Below, in pieces: positions 59,151 to 64,000 of a stretch of 64,000 nt of DNA. The position numbers and the translations under genes are program-made. The notes below the pieces were generated by a model. It worked only from the letters and a program-made list of their open reading frames with translations, had not been told where the DNA came from and did not search any database. The first letter of the stretch is position 1. Every line of letters starts with the position of its first letter. Source of the stretch: Cetorhinus maximus (Eukaryota); the NCBI RefSeq assembly GCF_964194155.1, contig NC_135887.1, positions 117,490,001 through 117,554,000 of the forward strand, written 5' to 3'.

Positions 59151-62100
59151 TTTTTTTACTCATTCACAGGACGTGGGCTTCGCTGGCTGGGCTGGCATTT
59201 ATTGCCCATTCCTAGTTGCCATTGAGAAGGTAGTGGTGAGCTACCTTTTTGAACCGCTGCAGTTCTTATGGTGTAGGTACACCCACAGTACTGTTAGGAA
59301 GGGAGTTCCAGAATTTTGGCCCAGCGACAGTGAAGGAACGGCGATATATTTCCAAGTCAGGGTGGTGAGTGACCTGGAGGGAAACTTCCAGGTGGTGGTG
59401 TTCCCATCTATCCACTGCCCTTGTCCATCTAGATGGTAGTGGTTGTGGGCTTGGAAGGTGCTGTCTAAGCAGCCTTGCTGAATTCCTGCAGTTCATTTTA
59501 TAGATGGTACATGCTGCTGCTACTGTGCGTCAGTAGTGGAGGGAGTGAACATTTGTGGATGCAGTGCCAATCAAGCGGGCTGCTTTGTCCTAGACGGTGT
59601 CCAGCTTCTTGAGTGCTGTGGGAGCTGCACTCATCCAGGCAAGTGGGGAGTATTCCATCGCACTCCTGACTTGTGCCTTGTAGATGGTGGACAGACCTGG
59701 GGAAGTCAGGAGGTGAGTTACTCGTCGCAGGATTCCTAGTCTCTGACCTGCTCTTGTAGCCACAGTATTTACATGGCTAGTCCAGTTCAGTTTCTGGTCA
59801 ATGGTAGCCCCCAGGATGTTGATAGTGGGCTTTCAGTGAGGGTAATGCTATTGAACGTCAAGGGGCGATGGTCAGATTCTATCTTGTTGGAGATGGTCAT
59901 TGCCTGGCACTTGTGATGCATGAAGGTTACTTGCCACTTGTCAACCCAAGCCTGGATATTGTCCAGGCTTTGCTGCATTTGGACATGGACTGCTTCAGTG
60001 TCTGAGGAGTCGTGAATGGTGCTGAACATTGTGAAATCATCAGCGACCTTATGATGGAAGGAAGGTCATTGAAGAAGTAGCTGAATATGGTTGGCCGGGG
60101 ACACTACCATGAGGAGCTTCTGCGGTGATGTCCTGGAGCTGAGATTGACCTCCAACAGCACAACCATCTTCCATTGTGCTCGATGTTACTCCAACCAGTG
60201 GTGAGTTTTCCCCCTGATTCCTATTGACTCCAGTTTTGCTAGGCCACATTCGGTCAAATGCGGCCTTGATGTCAAGAGCAATCACTCTCACCTCGCCTTG
60301 GGAGGTCAGCTCTTTTGCCTGTGTTTCAACCAAGGCTGTAATGAGGTCAGGAGCTGAGTGGCTCAGTGGAACCCAAACTGGGAGTCAGCAAGCAGGTTAT
60401 TGCTAAGCAAGTGCCGTTTGATAGCACTGTTGATGACCCCTTCCATTACTGATGAGCGAGAGTAGACGAATGGGGCAGTAATTGGCCGGGTTGAATTTCT
60501 CCTGCTTTTTGTGTACAGGCGTATCTGGGCAATTTTCCACGTAGCCAGGTTGATGCCAGTGTTGTAGTTGTACTGACCAGGGGTGCGGCAAGTCCTGGAG
60601 CACAAGTCTTCAGTACTATTGCTGGAATATTGTCAGGGCCCATAGCCTTTGCACTATCCAGTGCCTTCAGCTGTTTCTTGATATCACTTGGAGTGAATTG
60701 AATTGGCTGAAAACTGACATCTGTGATGCTGGAGACCTCCAGAGGAGGCCGAGATGGATCATCCACACTGCACTCCTGGCTCAAGATTGCTGCAAATGCT
60801 TCAGCCTTATCTGCTGCACTGATGTGCTGGGCTTCCCCATCATTGACGATAGAGATATTTGTGGAGCCGCCTCCTCCAGTGAGTTGTTTAATTGTCTACC
60901 ACCATTCACGACTAGATGTGGCAGGGCTGCAGAGCTTAGATCTGATCTGTTGGTTGTGGGATTGCTTAGCCTTGTCTATCACTTCCTGCTTATGCTGTTT
61001 GGCACATCCCTGTGTTACATCTTCATCAGGTTGACACTTTTTTAGGAATGCCTGGTGCTACACCTGACATGCCCCCCTACATTCTTCATTGAACCAGGGT
61101 TGACCCCTGGCTTGATGGTAATGGCAGAGTGGAGGATATGCCAGGCAACGAGGTTACAGATTGTGTTCGAGTACAATTCTACTGCTGCTGATGACCCACA
61201 GCATCTCATGAATGCCCAATTTTGAGTTGCTAGATCTGTTCGAAATCTATCCCATTTAGCATAGCGGTAGTGCTGCACAACATGATGGAGGGTTTCCTCA
61301 ATGTGAAGGCGGGACTTCGTCTCCACAATGACTGTGCGGTGGTCATCCTACTGATACTGCCATGGACAGATGCATCTGTGGCAGGCAGGTTGGTGAGGAT
61401 GAGGTCAAGTATGTTTTTCCCTCTTGGTTCCCTCGCCATCTGCTGCAGACCCAGTCTAGCAGCTATGCCCTTTAGGGCTTGACCTGCTCAGTTAGTAGTG
61501 GTGCTACCGAGCCGCTCTTGGTGATGGACATTGAAGCCCCCCCACCCAGAGTACATTCTGAGCCCTTACCACCCTCAGTACCTCCAAGTGGTGCTCAACA
61601 TGGAGGAGTACTGATTCATCAGCTGAGGAGGGGGAGGGGGGCTGTACATGGTAATCAGGACGTTTCATTGCCCATGCTTGACCTGATGCCATGAGACTTT
61701 ATGGGGTCCGTAGTCGGTGATGAGGACTCCCAGGGCAACTCCCTCCACCTCTGCTGATGCTGTCCTGCCCGTAGGACAGGACCTACCCAGGGTTGGTGAT
61801 GCTGGGTCTGGGACATTATCTGTAAGGCATGTTTCCATCAGCAGAACTATGTCAGGCTGTTGCTTGACTGGTCTGTGTGACAGCCCCCAGATGTTAGTAG
61901 GGAGGACTTTGCAGAGTCGGCAGGGCTGAGTTTGCCATTGTCATTTTCGGTGCCTAGGTAGATGCCAGGTGGTCCATCTGGTTTTGTTCCTTTTTTGAGA
62001 CTTTGTAGTGGTTTGATACAACCAAGTGGCTTGCTAGGCCAATTCAGAGGGCATTTTAGAGTCAACCACATTGCTGTGGGTCTGGAGTCACATGTAGGCC

Positions 62101-62307
62101 ACAGCAAGTAAGGACAGCAGACATTATTGAACGAGATGGGTTTTTACAACAATCGACATTGTCAACATTAGACTTTTAAGTCCAGATTTTTATTGAATTC
62201 AAATTCCACCATCTGCCATGGCGGGATTCAAACCTGGGTCCCCTGAGCATTACTCTGGACCTCTGGATTATTAGTGCAGCAACAATACAACTACACCATC
62301 GCCTCCC
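59151..62307 (-). mobile_element. Full-length ORF2-only CR1-group (Zenon-like) LINE with a tRNA-like 5' head, copy B
   Basis: Head GGGAGGCGATGGTGTAGTTG...GGTTTGAATCCC; EN and RT motifs (DLILTNLP, KAMGPDNIP, IALDIKAAFDR); same 3' tail as copy A. Confidence 0.85.
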
Positions 62308-63005
62308 GGAAGGAAAGTATCCCAGAATGTGTCGGGGGACATGTTGATCTCTGCAAGTGACCTCAAGATGGTGAGGGCTGAGGAGGCAACCTCTAGAGGA
62401 GGTGAGGCCAGAAGGTCATTTGAAAAGTATGTGTGAGAAAATGGGTGGTGATGTCCCTTGAGCTGGCAGTGATTGAGATGCCCGTGAATGTGTGATGGGC
62501 TTGAGTGTAGAGTGATGAGATGATTGCCATACCCTGGCTGCACAGGTGTGATCATTCATCCTCTATCTGCATTGGATGGCCAACCTCTTCTGTGCAGTGT
62601 TGGCACTGGCCACCACTTGCCATTACTGGATTGGTGATGCCGATGCCCATCCTGCAGTCATAGCAGGGGTGGAGGATATCACAGCTGGTCTCCCCAGCCT
62701 CCAAAAGGCGCTCGAGGGCTGCAGCCATTTTGCCTTTCGGGGCCATGTCTTTTTTGTTGCAGCCTTGGCTGGAAGCACTGAGCGCAGCTGTGCTTTAAAT
62801 GTGGTGCCTGGTGTGATGAAGTGGCGAGGCGATGGCATGGCAGGCAAATCAGAGCCCATCCACCATCGAAACGGCATGTATCCCGGGAATGCGTAATTAA
62901 TGCGACAGGTTTGGGATGATTCGACATGAAAAGCGACCATCCCGGCCGGCAGGTGAAAAGTAGTTTTACCCGTCCACTACCACACTTCGTGCAAATCTGG
63001 GACGG

Positions 63006-63120
63006 ACACACAGACACCCACACAGACATAGACAGGCGCACAGACAGACACATTAACCGACATATATAGACATACACACACAGATACAGTCAGACACACA
63101 GGTACATACAGACAGACACT
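63006..63120 (+). repeat. Imperfect (CA)n/(GACA)n microsatellite
   Basis: gacacacagacacccacacagacatagacaggcgcacagacagacaca... Confidence 0.85.
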
Positions 63121-64000
63121 TAATGACACATCCCTCGAGCACCTTTTGAATGCAGTGGAGGCCCACCGTGATGTCCTCTACCCCCACTCTGGCCGCAGGA
63201 TGGGCAGCAACATCACCAATCCGGCTTGGGAGGTGGTGGGAACAGTGGTCAGCGCCAACGCCCTGCAAAAAAGGACAGCCACCCCGTGCCGCAAGAGGAT
63301 GAATGAACTCCCCTGTTCCGCTAGGGTAAGTCACTCTTCTCATTGCTCTCAACTCTCACACTCTCAAACCTATCACACAGCCACAGGGACCTCACTCACT
63401 GCCAGTTCGAGGGACATCACCATTCATTCTCTCTCATTTGCCTTCATTGTCCTCATCTCGTCCATGGGACCATTCACCGCCCACACATGCCAAACATACT
63501 TACCATCTGACTTGGCAGGCATCCTGCTTACACTCTCTCCATCTCTATTCATGCAGGACAAGCTGGCACACAATAAGAGGGAGAGGTCACAGACTGGTGG
63601 AGGAATGTCTAAAATCAAGGTCCTCACGGACTTTGAAAACAGAGCTACCCAGCTGGCCAGTGAGGATCTGGACCTTTCCTGTGCTGATAGTGAGGTTGGC
63701 GGTGCTCTACCAAGTGAGGATCCAGCAGTGAAATATTCATCAAACAACCATGCTGTGAGTGATGTGTCCTGTTTCACAGGCCACTGCCATGCACTGATTA
63801 TCTCCTCTTGCTTTCGCAGGCAGACCTGGGAAACCACCAAGAGAGTCCATGACCCAGGGCCTTCAATTAAGCCCTGAGAGGAGCTCAGAAGAGGAATCCG
63901 CTGAAACCCTCCCTGAAGACACATCACAGCGCTTGTTCACACCCTCCACCAGTGCAGAGACACACACATCAGTGGGACCTGGCTTTAGAGTACGCTGGGG
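63121..64000 (+). pseudogene. Harbinger Myb/SANT gene, 5'-truncated, running off the window (exons ..63325, 63557-63713, 63820..)
   Basis: AGG|GTAAGT...atgcAG|GAC AAG; CCA A|GTGAGG...ttcgcAG|GC; spliced frame is open: SLEHLLNAVEAHRDVLYP...AWEVVGTVVSANALQKRTATPCRKRMNEL / DKLAHNKRERSQTGGG / SRPGKPP...; the start codon region is replaced by the microsatellite. Confidence 0.85.

Larger units (their letters stand above)
57361..63005. mobile_element. Internally deleted Harbinger copy 3, interrupted by a LINE
   Basis: Left GGCCAGGATTTTAC; transposase core at ~57855-58310; Myb exon 1 (ATG 62746, -) and right subterminal GTGCAAATCTGGGACG. Joining the two halves into one element is inference. Confidence 0.6.

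Noticed and set aside
1-64000. CRISPR arrays, rRNA/tRNA genes, prokaryotic operons, viral genes
   Set aside because: No repeat-spacer arrays or such ORFs seen; tRNA-like A/B boxes occur only as SINE or LINE heads.

Overview
Eukaryotic genomic DNA. The repeat content (CR1/HER1-type LINEs, Deu-type SINE, Penelope, Harbinger) points to a cartilaginous fish, probably a shark (inference). The only host gene I can support is ELP4 (Elongator subunit 4, + strand), seen as three internal coding exons (29003-29124, 43646-43783, 52156-52298) with canonical, phase-compatible splice sites; the rest of the window is ELP4 intron. In jawed vertebrates ELP4 neighbours PAX6 and its introns carry PAX6 enhancers. 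Most of the intronic sequence is decayed, often nested, mobile elements: two-gene Harbinger transposons (DDE transposase plus a spliced Myb/SANT gene), a GalEa-like Ty1/Copia fragment with LTR, CR1, L2 and RTE LINEs, palindromic Penelope elements with minimal hammerhead ribozyme motifs, MITEs, and two full-length ORF2-only LINEs that begin with a tRNA-like Pol III head. The most unexplained signal is an ~840-nt non-coding, hairpin-rich segment (40088-40926) holding a degenerate full-size type I hammerhead motif on the pre-mRNA strand. TE boundaries were read by eye and are approximate unless stated.
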